Source: Mobula hypostoma
Lineage: Eukaryota
Length of the DNA: 64,000 bases
Direction: 5' to 3'
Assembly: GCF_963921235.1 (NCBI RefSeq)
Contig: NC_086111.1
Location: 59,644,001 to 59,708,000, forward strand
The notes beneath the pieces are model-generated. The model had not been told where the DNA came from and ran no database searches. It saw only the letters and a program-made list of their open reading frames with translations. Both the position numbers and the translations under genes were made by a program. Shown here one piece after another: positions 35,081 through 48,922 of the stretch; position 1 is the first letter of the stretch, and each line of letters starts with the position of its first letter.

Positions 35081-35549
35081 CCCCTAAATCCTGTTTTAAA
35101 AAAATTCTGACGGGTATTTCTGTCGTTCCGTTCCTTCAGAAAGCCCAGACTGTGTGTGTCTCTGTCTCTGAGCGAATCGCCTGCTCCATGCAGGGTTTAG
35201 CCCTATTTATCCGCACTATAAATTCTGGTGCCATGTTCTTTGTTATACGAGTTAACAATGCAGGTGCCAATGTCGTAGACATGATGATAAGGTCGCAGGC
35301 GACACTGAAGGTGGTAGTGTAGTTGGTAGTGGGGGAGATGGTCTTTGTTAAGTTGTTATTCCTGAAGGAGCTGATGTTTGCAGAAGATATCAACGGGAAT
35401 GGAGGAACAGCTGCTACCGTGGAGGCAGGGAGTGTACAGAAGGAATTGCCCAGGTGGGGAGACCGCAAGAGGTGGCAGGTGGGATGCGCGAGGTTTTATT
35501 TGCATTTTAAGAGAATTCAGAAATTGAGATGTGGAGGGATTTGGGAGCA

Positions 35550-35660
35550 CAGATAGACAGTCCTGAAGGAGGGTCCCGGCCCGATACGTTGACTGTTTAT
35601 TCATAGCCATGGATGCTGCCTGACCTGCTGAGCTCCCCCAGTATTTTGTGTGTGTTGTTT
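35550..35660 (+). mobile_element. Short PLE-derived element with a core-mutated hammerhead
   Basis: ATAGACAGTC-CTGAAGGA-GGGTCCCGGCCC-GATA-CGTT-GACTGTTTAT: 10-bp helix I retained, core mutated; followed by the shared tail. Confidence 0.7.
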
Positions 35661-35664
35661 TTGG

Positions 35665-36985
35665 GAGTCCTGGTTTAGGATTTCCTTAAGGCTAACTTGC
35701 AAGTTGAGCGCGTAGCAAAGAAGGCAAATGCGATGTTAGCTTTCATTTGGACAGGATTAGAACAGCTCGGAGTTCCGGGTTCAATTCCGACGTCATCTGT
35801 AAGGAGTTGCTTCGCCCTCCCCCTGGAATGCGTGGGATCTCCACTTTCCTCTCATCGTCATATGGTCATTGTAAACTGTCTAGGTTTACATCGGGGGTTG
35901 CTGGGCAGTGCGGCACCGGAAGGCCTATTCCGCACCGTATCTCTGAATAAAAGGGAGGAGGCACTTTGTAAGGTGTTAGTCGGAACGCCTCTGGAGTATT
36001 ATCTGCAGTTTTAATCTCAGCATCTAAGCAAAGGTCTGTTGGCCGTGGAGAGGGTCCAGAGGAATTTCACAAGGATGGTCCCAGCAATGAAAGGCACAGA
36101 TAGATAGTTCTTGATTGACACGTGGTTAAGGGCTTCAGGGAGAAGATAGGGGAATGGAGTTAGAGAAGAAAGGTGAGCTGGACTCGGTGGATTGATAGCC
36201 TCATCCTGCTCGAATAGTTTATGACAAGATGCACAGAGTAATGATGGTCAGAGAACTATTAGATGGAATTTAATCCTGAAAAAAGGATGGTGGTGTGTTT
36301 ATGGTGATGAGTGATATGGATAGAATATAAATATATAAAAGGACCCTAGAAAGTACTATGGAGGAGATCGACCGAGTGTACACGTCCAAGGTTTCCTGAG
36401 CTTGTCAAGATAGACGAGTTGGTTAAGAAGGCTTATAGGATACTGCATTAGCTGAGATATAGACTATAAGGGCACAAAGGCTATGGTACAGTTCTATAAA
36501 ATTATCATTTACGCCAAGCAAGAATGCAATTGTTCATGACTCCACACCGTGATAGCACGGGTGAGGGTGCAGAGGAGATTTGCCAGTTGTAATGCAGCTT
36601 CTTGACCTGAAATGAAGACCCTCCCCAGATGTTGGTTAGCCTGCTGAGCTCTTCCTGACTGGGTGGAGCATTTCTGCTGGATAGGCAGGTTTGTTTGTTT
36701 TGGAGCAGAGAAAGCTAAGCTGTTCAAAAGAACGAGCTGTGTAAATAGACGGGTTCGTTAGTCATAAACTTTACCCCTTAGAAAAGTCTGTAAGCACGAT
36801 TTGGATTTTTTTTTCCTACAGTCAAAATTTGCCTGTGAGATGGTGGAGACAGGTACTCTTGGCAACTATTTAGGTAAGCATTTGAAATATGACTGCATGG
36901 AAGGCTCTGCGATGAGTGCTGAAAATACAATTAGCATAGCTTCTTAATGGCTGGCATGTCCATGGTCGGTCAAAAGGCCTGCTTC
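35665..36985 (+). mobile_element. Degenerate CR1 fragments with an embedded SINE piece
   Basis: QVERVAKKANAMLAFI and PLEYYLQF remnants; SINE-like insert at about 35750-35950. Confidence 0.6.
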
Positions 36986-38079
36986 AATAATAAATTACAC
37001 ATATGCGCACACACACAGACGGTATATCTTCATTAACCATCCCCTGAGCTATCTCTATTCCAAATCAAACAAGCCAGGCCTCTGTATTGTTAAAATTCTA
37101 CAGCTGGTTGTGAAGGTGCAATTCTTTCCCAGTCCCAAGCTGTTTTAAATGAAAATTCAGCTGCTAATTGAAGAATGTTGAAGTGTTTGACATGTTAGCT
37201 GTGGCCTGTGTTAGCTATCAGGGCCATTTTAGCTCATCATTAGGAGGCAGTAAATTTGTATGTTAATATCAGATATGTTGACTGGTGACCACTGTCATTT
37301 GCAGAATATTCAGGAGTAACTTGTTTTGGAAGGTTGTGATAGTAGAAGTATGAAGAATCTACTTCCCCTACCAGGAAGATCAATAACCAGACTTAATGTT
37401 AAAGAACATGTTGCATCATGAACAGCTGGAGGGCAGGATGGGGAACATTATGCATTTGATTATTATGATCTTCAATGCTTTCCTCAAAACTAGAGAAGTT
37501 TTTTAAAATCATGTTGCACTACAGTCAGCCATTCTTGTCTGGCGTGTGGTGTCAGGATTGGTCTCTACACAGTCACATTATACTCTCCAAAAGAGAATGG
37601 AATTAAATCATGAGAGGAAAATCTGATAGGCTATGGGAAATGGAATTTTAGTTGACTGGTTGTATAGTTCTTCCCAGGATCCAGCACAACTTGTTCAATA
37701 TAAATCACTGAGGTAACCAGAGATAATTAAGAACTGAAGGTAAATAAATTCTTTATCTTGTATTTCTGGTGGATAAAGGTTTAGTCTTCCTGAAATTATT
37801 GTGAAATGTGTAAAGCAGTAAGTTTTTTTTGTGTTCAAATGCATTCCTGCTTAATGAGCCTGGTACCTGGAGATGAGCCAGGCTGCCAGCGGGAATGCAA
37901 AAGTAAGAGGGAAGTCTGCGCAGCTGTCGTTTGTCAGTCTTGCAGCGACAGTACTTATGTTTAACTTCAAACACTTTATCATCGATCTGTCATCATTTTG
38001 AATTGTGCTGAAAATTAGAAAACAAGGTAAAAAAATGAATACATTTAATTTATTTTTATCTGGATTATTATGAATATGA

Positions 38080-39340
38080 ATACTAGGTATGTGGAATCTC
38101 AGCGTTGTAAAGGATCATGAAGAATAAAAGCAAGGTAGTAACATTGAACCTTTAAACACTTGCTTAGCTACAACTGGAGTATTGCATGCATTTTGAAAAG
38201 TCAGAGTGAAACTTTAGTTATGGAAGGAAAGTCCGAATATTTTTGATTATGGCAGGGGTATTAAAATGAGGAGGTTTAAGGCGAGAGGAAGAAATTTTAA
38301 AGGGAATTTGAGGGGAAATTGTTTTTCAGAGTCTGTTCGATATCTGGGTGGTGAGAGGGTGGAATCAGATTCAGTCATTTCACTTAAGATAAGTCAGGTA
38401 ATTACAGACCATTCATCTAACTTCAGAGATAGGAATCTGAGGGACAGGATTAATCTACACTTGGAAAGGCAGGGGCTGATCAGCAATAGTCAGCATGGGG
38501 AAATCCTAACTGACAAACTAGAATAAACTTTTTAAAGAGGCAACAAAAGTGTATTAACAAGGGGAACTGAAGAATAACTTTTTTCACTGGTCTGCGGGTT
38601 GAGATTCTAAATTGGAGAAAGGTCAATTTTGATCATATCAGAAAGGATCTGGCAAGTGTGTACAGGCTGTTTTCTGTACTTGGTAAGTGGGAGGCCTTCA
38701 AAAGTGAAATTTTGAGAGTATAAATCTTGTTTGTGCCTGTCAGAATAACAGGTGTCGGGAACCTTGGTTTTCAAGAGATAGAGTCCCTGGTTAAGGAAAA
38801 AAAAGGTGCATTGCAGATTTAGTCAGATGGGAACTGATCAGGTGCTTATGGAGTATAAGAAATACAAGAGAACAAAGAAATTAGGTGGTCTAAAAGGCAG
38901 CATAAGATTGCCTTAGCAGACAAGCAAAGGAGAATCCTAAGAGATTCTACAGATTATGTTAAAAGCAAAAGGATTGCAAGGGTCACAATTGGTCTTCTGG
39001 AAGATCAGAATGGTAATCCATGTGAGGAGCCAAATGAACTCGATTTCAATGTTTGATTAGTTTGGATAGGTACGTGGATTGTAGGGGTAAGGAGGACTAT
39101 GGTCCAGGTGCAGGTCAATGGGAGAAGGCAGCTTAAATGGTTTGGCATAGACTAGATGGGCTGTTTCTGTGCTGTTTTTTCTATGACTATGTGGACAATG
39201 GATGCAGAGGCTCTTAAAGAATTTAGACAAATATGTGAATCACCAAGATTTGGACAGTGGTGGGCTAAAGGCTGGAAATTAATATAAATGGATATTTAGT
39301 TAGTATATAATAGTGGGTCAAAAAGTTTCTCTGCTGTATG
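38080..39340 (+). mobile_element. Mosaic of degenerate CR1 fragments
   Basis: RFKARGRNFKGNLRGNCF, LERQGLISNSQHG and KENPKRFY-like remnants. Confidence 0.6.
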
Positions 39341-42300
39341 ATTAGATTGCCTTATGTTAAATAACAGCTTGAACTCAAGTTCATGTTGAATTGTCATTCA
39401 ACTTTACCTGTGCATACAGCTAAACAAAACAGCATTCCACAGCAGCCAGGGTGCTAAACAATATAGTGACACACAGCATATACAGTAGTTACAAAATAAT
39501 AGCACAAATGCCTGAGTGGCATGGACTGGGATGTTGCCGTAGAGCCACACACATACACATAGTAGTTCTGCATTCCCTGTAGCCAATGGCAAACCAGCTC
39601 ATCTTCCAGGGATTGTATAGCAGAGCAGCACCAATAGGACAGCTAGCCTACAGAGGCCAGCCTCCAAGTCAGTATGGATGCCCCACCTGCACCTCTGTTC
39701 ACTCCCAGTCCTGTGTGGCTGTATCCAGAGATAAATGATAAGTTTTCAATAATACAGAAAAAGTGTAATATTAAGTGAACTGTTCTAATTTTATGATATT
39801 TCCACAGCTGGATACTACCAGAAGAATTTGTTTTCTACTTGTGAAGTGATGAAATTTTTAGCAATAAGTTCAGTACTTCATTATAGTGTCACTTTTTAAA
39901 TATTGATTTGTATTTTGATATATTCCCATGCAAGGAACTGGATGGATGGTTTTCTTTGCTATGTTTTCTAAGCAATCGCTGGCAAACACCACTATTTTAT
40001 GAAGATACTATATTGACTTTTGACAATGCAGGTATTCTAATATCTAGGAACATTGATACTTTACTGCATTAACCAATCTTTAGGCATGAGCCTGTAAAGC
40101 AGTGTGGCAGTTAACCTGCCAGTTCTAATCATGCTTCCTGATCTTATTTCTATTGTGCATTTGATTGGATGTCCTGAATTGTTCCCCACTTAACCTGTAG
40201 ACTCATTGTCATTTATTGAGTGAATGTTACCATTGATTGGAAAACAAATGGGAGTTTTGCTTATGAATTGAAACATTAAGTAGTCAACATTTCAGGTTTC
40301 TCAGTAATTTAGCTTTAAAATAAAAAATCTGCATTATTCATGTTAATTTTGCAAAACAATTAAATCCAGGTGAATCATGTAGTAAATAAGACGTTTGCTC
40401 AGTTAGGGAAACAAGTAGAACAAACATCTAATCTTCAGCTAAGAGCAGTAGCTCTCCATCAAACAGTATCACATGGCACAAGCACATTCTATATAGACGA
40501 CTGGTGCACAAGCAGTTCAAAACTGCTAGAGTACTTATTGTAAGTCAATGAATGTTGTAGAATTTTTAAAGTAAGTTTGCCCTAATAGGACACATGGTTG
40601 TGATTATATATTGTAGATGTTTTCATTGCAGTTGTGTAACACTAATGTAATTATTTTTCAGATTGGACTTCAAAAAAAGTGATGTCATTGTCTGAAGAAA
40701 CTTGACTACCACTTAACAGCAACTTATTACACAATACAAAATGGCACATTCATAGGACGTGAAGTACCAGATGATTCTGTTCTAAAATGAACACATTAAT
40801 CCAATTATCACACACCATCCTTAACCATGGATTTGTATGGTTTTGACACATGGATTTGTGGACAATACATGAATGTTTAGCACCTGCAAAGAATAGGCCA
40901 ATAATAAAGAAATGAATATTTGTATAAATCATTTCCAAATTTAGACTTTTACAGCTTCTTGGGTCAGATTTACTTTCATTAATTGATGACTTTCATTGAA
41001 AGAATTTGCCTCCTAGGCTAGGTGATCAAAATTGACTTGTTGTCACATTAATGAGCGGAGTTTTTTTTAAAGATCAGTTACAGCTGTTTCTAGAATTTTG
41101 ATTAACTGAACAAACAGCATACTGTCAAGCCAACACAAAATATTCCATATTCTTAAACTTTACCAATGAACTGTAGAAATTTCATTTGGAGAGCTTGAGG
41201 GAAATTCAGGGATGAAAGCAAACTGTGGTAAAGGATGGAAAGCAGAGGAATGAAAATTAGATTAGAGAAACATGTTTTTAAATCAACTGCCACAATGCAA
41301 ATTTTATTTTCATTCAAATTCTGTCATTAGGATAAATTACATATTCAATAGGTATTATTAAAGCATGAAATCCCCTAACTTACGGCAAGTTGTACACCAG
41401 ATGGGTGTTGTAAATATTTCAGCTTTATAGTCATAGAACACTACAGCACAGAAGCAGATCCTTCGGCCAATCTAGTCCATAACCAACTATTAATCTCCCT
41501 AGTCCAATTGACTTACACATATAACCATATTAAAGCTCTTAATTCTGAGATATGTAAAAGCAGCCCCTTTGTTTAAATGATGGGAGGGGTATGGAGAGCT
41601 ACGGTCATAGCAATTGAAGGAACTAAGCAAGCATTTGTAAAACAGGACACTGAAGGAATGAGATTGAACTGGTTTCTATTGAAGATCTACAATCAGCAAA
41701 AATCCAAATCATCATGAGTAGTCTTTGTACTACTGTGCTCCAACTAATAGATCCAGTAAGCTACCTTTCAGTTGGCTGCTTTTGAGGATATCTGGGTGCC
41801 AGCAGCTAAGCTAGTAATGGAACTTGTCTACATGTCAGTATCCAGTGAAGTTCCAAATATCACCCAAGCAGTCATTGAAGGCTCAGTCAGTTGGAAGACT
41901 AAATACGCAATGACACTGCACAATCCTAGAAGCAATACAAATGCAACATTTTCTTAACTTCTGTACAAAAGCAAAATAAGGGGAACTGTGAATGATACAA
42001 CTTCCAGTTAGTTCCAAAGGATGTACTCCATATGCCAATTCCAAATGAGTCTTCAGGATCAACTGAGTAATATGAAATTATGCTTGCAAGTGTGCCTGCA
42101 GATTTTAGTCTTAATACCCACCTTCACTGGATAATGAAAATGTGCTGAAAATAGTAATACAGAAACAAGATTGTTGTTCCATCAGTTTACAGAAAATCTA
42201 GATTGTAAATTACTACATGTCAACCAACCAACTTCAGCAAAAACAGTAGTGCTTTCACAAGTGAGTGAACAAGGAAGTACAAATTTGCCTCTTCAAGGGT

Positions 42301-43516
42301 TATGCATTTTAGAAGATGAAGGTCAAATAACAGATTAAAAGTTTGAATGAACACACTGTACAGCAAATAGATCTAGTACTGCAAAATACCAAACCACTTA
42401 GTTGTCACCCACTTATACTACTGCTATTGGTTATGCATATTCCCCAGATCAAATTACTTGAGCTCAGTTACTAATACTCAAAGCTGTTCACCAGCTGTCT
42501 ATTCACAGTCCACCTTTAAGTTCGGCTCCGCAAGATTGAGACTACTGTATTGGCTGATCTTAGCATGTCTTTCCTATCCACCACTTACTGCCACCATGGT
42601 GAACTTTTGTTTAGCAAGGCTTCAAATGCAATACGCAGCATCCTAAAAGTAAATTATTATTTTCAAAATGGCTTTGTACTTGAACCATAAATAAAACAGC
42701 TTACTGTCAGCACTGCAAGACTACAATTTGAGTGATGCTAATTGAACCCAGCTGTCCAGAGTACTCAAAAGGCTTCCTGCTTCAATTCAGTGTGAGCACA
42801 ATTGTCTATTTCCAATTTTCCACACTGGTCCAACAAATACTTAACCAAGGCCACTCTATTCTTCCCTCAGCAAACTATTCCATTTTTGACAGCAACTACA
42901 AGGGGAATGGCAAGTAATAAACAAATGCTATTTTGACAGTAACCTGAAGTTACTTGATCTGGAAAAAGCAGCTGAATAACTGCATCAAACTTACAAGTTT
43001 CATATCTCCACACTGGGGTAAAGGCACAGCTAAAACTGATACCAGCTTTCTTCCAAAATTTCAAATTGTTTATTTCCCTCCATAGATGTTGCCTGACTTG
43101 CAAGTTCCTCCTGCAATGGTTCAATTTTAAATAATTGCTTAACAACTATAACTGCTTAAAAATTTATTTGGACAGTAAATTACTAAGTAAAATAAATACT
43201 GCAAGTAATATTACCTCAACTTTTGCTAAATTTCCTAATTTCTTCAGAGGTCAGTTAAAACATTTGGCAAAAGTAGTAAGGTAACAATTTAGAGCACATG
43301 TACATCTGAAGCAGCTTTCCAAATGTATTCAACATTTGAGTAAAGGCACAAAAATGTTATGCAGTATGCACTCATGGAAATACCCAAGGTATGCTTTACA
43401 CTGACATTTGACTCCAGCAAAAACAAAATTTGCACCTTGGTTATCAAAGTACACCATGGAATTCAATGAATTTTAGAAAGATCACTCAGACAAGTTTTTC
43501 CCCTTCCTCCTCCAGC

Positions 43517-43522
43517 TTTATT
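43517..43522 (-). terminator. CNBP: CNBP polyadenylation signal AATAAA
   Basis: Minus strand caataaagctggaggaggaagggg about 850 nt after the stop; matches my recollection of the mammalian CNBP proximal poly(A) region. Confidence 0.75.
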
Positions 43523-44365
43523 GATAGTTTAAATTTAAAATTACATTTCTATAGTTCTAAGACTTCAGTTGCTTTTACCTTGTCTTAAAAAAAACAATTT
43601 CAAGCAAATGATTTTCTACAGTAGTCTAACTGTATTATACAAAAATAACATCTTGATTTCTGTGAAAACACATTCATTCAACTGTGTAGTTCCAATCCTA
43701 TTTGCTATGTGTTTCTGTTGTAATTTCATAATGGGTATAATAGATGCTAAACTACATTCAAAAAAATTTAAACCTCTGCTTGCACATCTGTATCTCCAAT
43801 ACCAGCTCTGGTTTCAGCTACTGCAAGCTGGTTACTCCTATGCTTCAAAACCTGTCTTTTCCCGAACCATTGACAGGTCTGCTTGTTTAGCTTTGTTTAC
43901 TCCCACTTAGTTTACTGTACGTAGGGCCCTGATACAGATGTTGGTTTGTAAGATGAACTGCTCCCAAAGGTCAAACAATTCAAAGCCAACATTTCAAGAA
44001 ATCACATGCGGAAGTTTCAATGACACTTCCAGGTTTGGTTTCCTCTCACAGAATCATTTCCAGAACCCAGAAAGGGTTACTGATCTGACTCATCTCTTCC
44101 CACTCATTAATCCCTATACACCAGTGGCATGGAAAGGGGGTTCTTTTACAAAGCATTATACATAACACCTCTACCAAACTAAACATAAACATTTGTAGTT
44201 AAATGCAGAAAGTCAATTTCCACCCCTTTCCTTTCACATTTTCTTTTTGAGTAAAGCTCACTGGCCTGGGACTAGCCTCTATCTGCCAACCATTGGCCAG
44301 TGAAGAGGATTCAGAGGAAATAATACAACCATCAATCAGAAAAGGAGGGGGCGACAATGCAAGGT

Positions 44366-44483
44366 TTAAGCTGTAGCCTCAATCGTGCATTCCCGTGCAA
44401 GATGTCCAGCTTCACCACAGCGGTAGCAGTTTACTTCACTGGCTTTGCTGCAATTGATGGCGACATGACCAGTTTCACCACAC
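44366..44483 (-). CDS. CNBP: CNBP last coding exon
   Basis: cag acceptor; (R)[38 protein letters not shown] then TAA. Confidence 0.96.
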
Positions 44484-47400
44484 CTGCAAGTTAAACAAGA
44501 TTTTACATTGAGTTGTAAATTGATTACTATACAATAGATCAACTCAAGTTTAATGTTTGAAACTGTCATACACTCTAAACTCTAAGTACAGTCATTAGCA
44601 AATACAATTTGCACATTATGCTGTGCTGTATCTGGAGATCAGCTTGACCACTATACCAGATACTGAAAATTAGAAATTTGTACCAGAATCAAGTGGCTCC
44701 TTGTAGAAGACCTCAAATTCTCTCAAAAGGTGGCATTAGTGACCCAGAGAATTGGCAGGATTTAGGAACTTGTGACAATATGTCCTCTTCAGTTAAGAGT
44801 AGACTGGGTCTACAAAGACAGGATTGTCTCACCTGGAATTCATTCTTTCCTCACACTACCCACAAGTTCTTGGAGACTTTCTGCATTTTAAAAAAGGTGC
44901 ATAGAGTTGTTCATATGAAATAATTAGCATGTCTGGAATTAGTGTTTAATGGAAAACCAATTCCACTTACCACAGAGTGGCTGCCCAACACAAGGCCACG
45001 CTGCAAATTAGAAGGACTGCTTTTTAAACTACACCACACATCATTCCAAGACTGCAAACAATGCAATTTATTTGCATAAACACATCTCTGAAGAGGCCAT
45101 TAAAGAGATAAAGGATTAAAGCAGACGACTGTTGAAGAGTTTAAGAACTGGTGACCCCTCACCCGCATTCAGCCATTTGGGCACCACACTTTAGAATATT
45201 AATCAAGGATCCTTGCATAGCCCTGAAGGACCAGAGCTTCCCAGTTTAGCAACTCTCATTGAGATCAGATGGTAGAAGACTGAAAGCTTAAAGACTCAAG
45301 TTGCGTGAAGATACTGCAAGTAAGTGAGTGTATGTTCAAATATCATGGCCCTGATCAGAAGACGCATTGAAAGGTAACAGATGACCTCCTGTGCTTCATC
45401 CACTATATAGGTCACAACATCTTTATCACCAAGTGATAAAGAATAGCTGTATTTGTTGACAGAACCAGAAGGGATTGGTTTAGTAGTGGGAAATGGTACA
45501 CAACAGGAAAAATTATGGGCAGATCAGTTCCACAGAACCTAGATTAAAAGCCACGCATAATCAGAAAGGAATTTTTCACACTGCACAATATTTTACTGTC
45601 CCATGTTAAGCCTTACCTTAATGAGTAATTCACTACAAGGAATTTAGGGCTTGAATTTCATTTTTCGCTCAGTATGGAGGCAGCAGTTTTAGTTTCTGGT
45701 CAAAATAAACTTAAGCACATCAACTGATTTCTCAAAAATCAAGTTGCCCAATGTGCAAAACCTTCCAGAAAGGTACTGCTGTCACAAGGTTACCACTAAT
45801 CAAGTTGAACTGATCAGTAACCTACATGCAGATTTTTGAAAATGAAGATTCCAAATACTTGCAGGTAGAGAATGATGAAAAAACTTCTGAAAAATTAAAG
45901 CCCAAATATCAGTTATCATTTGATACTGATATTCAAGACTTGAAATGACATTGAAGCCACTGTTAAATGACAATTCAATAGGTGAATTTTACACAGTGTC
46001 AAAATATTTCAATCCTAATGCAACAGTATCAATTAACTCCCCATTGACCGCCCCCCCCCCCAAATTGAGACCTCATCATACATTCAAACCTTGGAAACAG
46101 CTATCACAAACACTAGAGAATATAATCCTCAATTCAGTAATTTCCAAAGATTAAGCCAAGTGCTGAAACAAGTAGGTTGTTAATAGGTTTGGTACTACCA
46201 TGGATGTACAATTGCCATGACAGTTCATAATTGTCATTACAATCTTCAGAGTAGAAAAAAAATGACAAACGCTAGATAAAAGTTGACAACAGAAAGTAAT
46301 GTTTTGTAGATGCAAGATTTTTAATATTGGTTACATGAAACACCTAAAATTTTTGCTGAGAAACTCATGACAAGAGCTAAGCCAAGCTGATTTCCATTTT
46401 TCCAAGCTTGATACAAATGCAATGTTTAATGTGCACAAGTTAACAATAATTATTAAGTCACATCCAAAACATTTTATCATAGATTAAATTTGAGGTTCAG
46501 CATGTTTTATTTCAGTTATTCATTTTTATTGTATTACAAGTGACCGTGCAATGCCATAGCCAACATTACCCAATAATCTTCAAGCAAACATGTATGCAGG
46601 ACCTGTTGTTATATTTAGCCCAGTTAGTTGAGCTGCAGAGCAAGTTGCTGCATACCATACACCCAAAGTTTTACTTTACTTCCTATATTAACTTGAGACT
46701 GGTACCAAAGTTCCAGCAAGAAACCTGAAAGTGTTATGCCTTTCCTGTATCTTATTAATTAAGAATTTTTTTTTGGAAAGGCTCATACAAATTTGTAGTA
46801 GCAAGCCATGAATGGCTGAGCCACAAATAATGGAAGCTGCCAGGATACTAGTTGGGCCAATCAGCTAGGACAGCATTATAAACAGTGGCATTAGACTCAG
46901 CAATCCAAAGTCAAGTAGTAAGGGTTTTCTTTGGTGGAGCGCAGTGAGTGATAGACACTGGCACCACTTATGCACCCAATTACTTCCAAGTAAAAATCCC
47001 CTGGGTTCACCTGCATAGATGTTGCTTCAGGAGAAATGTGTTTTTGGAACAGTCTCAATATTGAGGAATATAAATGGAAAAGTCATGTGCTAAATAGAGC
47101 AAGGAATGGAATTTTAGCCTTGTAGGAATCCATATTGATATCAATGGCAGAGGACTAACATTGCTCCAGCCAAGGAAGCTTTGTTTCATCCATATTACAA
47201 AAATAGTTACCCAGTTTATTTGAAGTGCTGAAATGCCCAATGCTATTCTAGATTTATGGTAGGTAAACATACAAATGGGTACAAGCCTTTATACTCTTCA
47301 TGTAGCAACACTGCAGAAATGTTTGTAGTTAGGCATGAAGCAAGAAAATGGTCATCTGCACTGCAATTTGGGCTAAACGGGGAGGACAGAGCATAAACAG

Positions 47401-47546
47401 GACTTGATAAAATGCAGTGCCATGAACATGCTTTGCATAACTTGGAAAAAAAATCACCACAAAATCAAGTCAAATATTGCTAATTGCACAATCATAGGTG
47501 ATCTATGACCGAACAGAAATTAACAATAGACTATAAAGCATATTCA

Positions 47547-47795
<249 letters not shown>

Positions 47796-47848
47796 TTATT
47801 CAGAAGAAGTTATTTTACAACATACTAAAATGAAGAAAAAATATTTAC

Positions 47849-47911
47849 CATCTTCCTGGAGTTCACAATCCTTTGCAAGGTGGCCTGATTCACCACAACG
47901 ATAGCAGATAT
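47849..47911 (-). CDS. CNBP: CNBP coding exon 2
   Basis: cag acceptor, gtaaat donor; (D)[20 protein letters not shown]. Confidence 0.93.
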
Positions 47912-48801
47912 CTGTAAGTGGAGCACAGTTTAGCTCAATAACAACTCTACAAAATATTGCACAGATTGCAACACTAACTTCTCCAAAATTCTACTAAATT
48001 GTATATTTTCCACACACTGATCGTAGAAAAGGCACAAATGATTAAAATTGCTGGAAATACGCAGTTCAGACACCTCTCAACTCAATGGTCCAACCAAAAA
48101 TATTAAACTTTCCCTTTTCTGTAAGTGTTACCAAACATGGCACTTCCAATCTACAAAATATCTGAAATATCTAGTAGTTACACAGGGAATTCCAATCTAC
48201 AGAACATACTGAAGTTGAAGTAGTTCTTTTGAAACAAAATGTCCATGTTCATTTCCAGTACTTGGGTGATAATTTTCCTGAATCACACTCTCAAATCACT
48301 CAAGGAACCTTAATATACTCAATAGGGACTCTGATCAGAGGTGCCTTTGCAAAATTTACCTTGCTAACTCACTCTGTGAAAACTGGTTGCATGCTTTAAG
48401 TACTTCAAGGAAATCAACTTGTGGCCTCAACCTCCTAATCATGGCAGCAAGATACCAACTTACATTTACAAACCTCTGCAATGAAGGCCAACGTGCCAAT
48501 GGAAGAGATTTGCCACTTTCACATAAATGCAAGTTGGTAGAATAACCTTGGTACTGTAATGTTTATAATTCCAGCTCAAATTTCAATTACTTACAAAACA
48601 GTTTTTTTTACTCAGAGCATTGTAATTAGAGCTATTAAATCAAAAATTCATTCATTCAACTCAGGTTTTCCCCCTATTAAAGATTCTAGATGTAAAATTA
48701 TGAACTGGCCAATTTCAAATGAGATTGTTTAAAACTACAATGCACACAAATTGACTCTTAAGCATTCATGCGATTTTGATAATTCCCATTTGTCATGTTA
48801 C

Positions 48802-48922
48802 CTCTTGCAGCAGTGAAGCTTCCTCTGCCCCGACCACGAATACGACTACGTCCAACTGCACTTGGACACTCCCGTGCCCAGTGCCCAACTCGCCCACATT
48901 TAAAGCACTCGTTGCTACTCAT
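48802..48922 (-). CDS. CNBP: CNBP coding exon 1 (exon probably begins at 48935)
   Basis: atcATG start; [40 protein letters not shown]; gtaaca donor. Confidence 0.96.
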
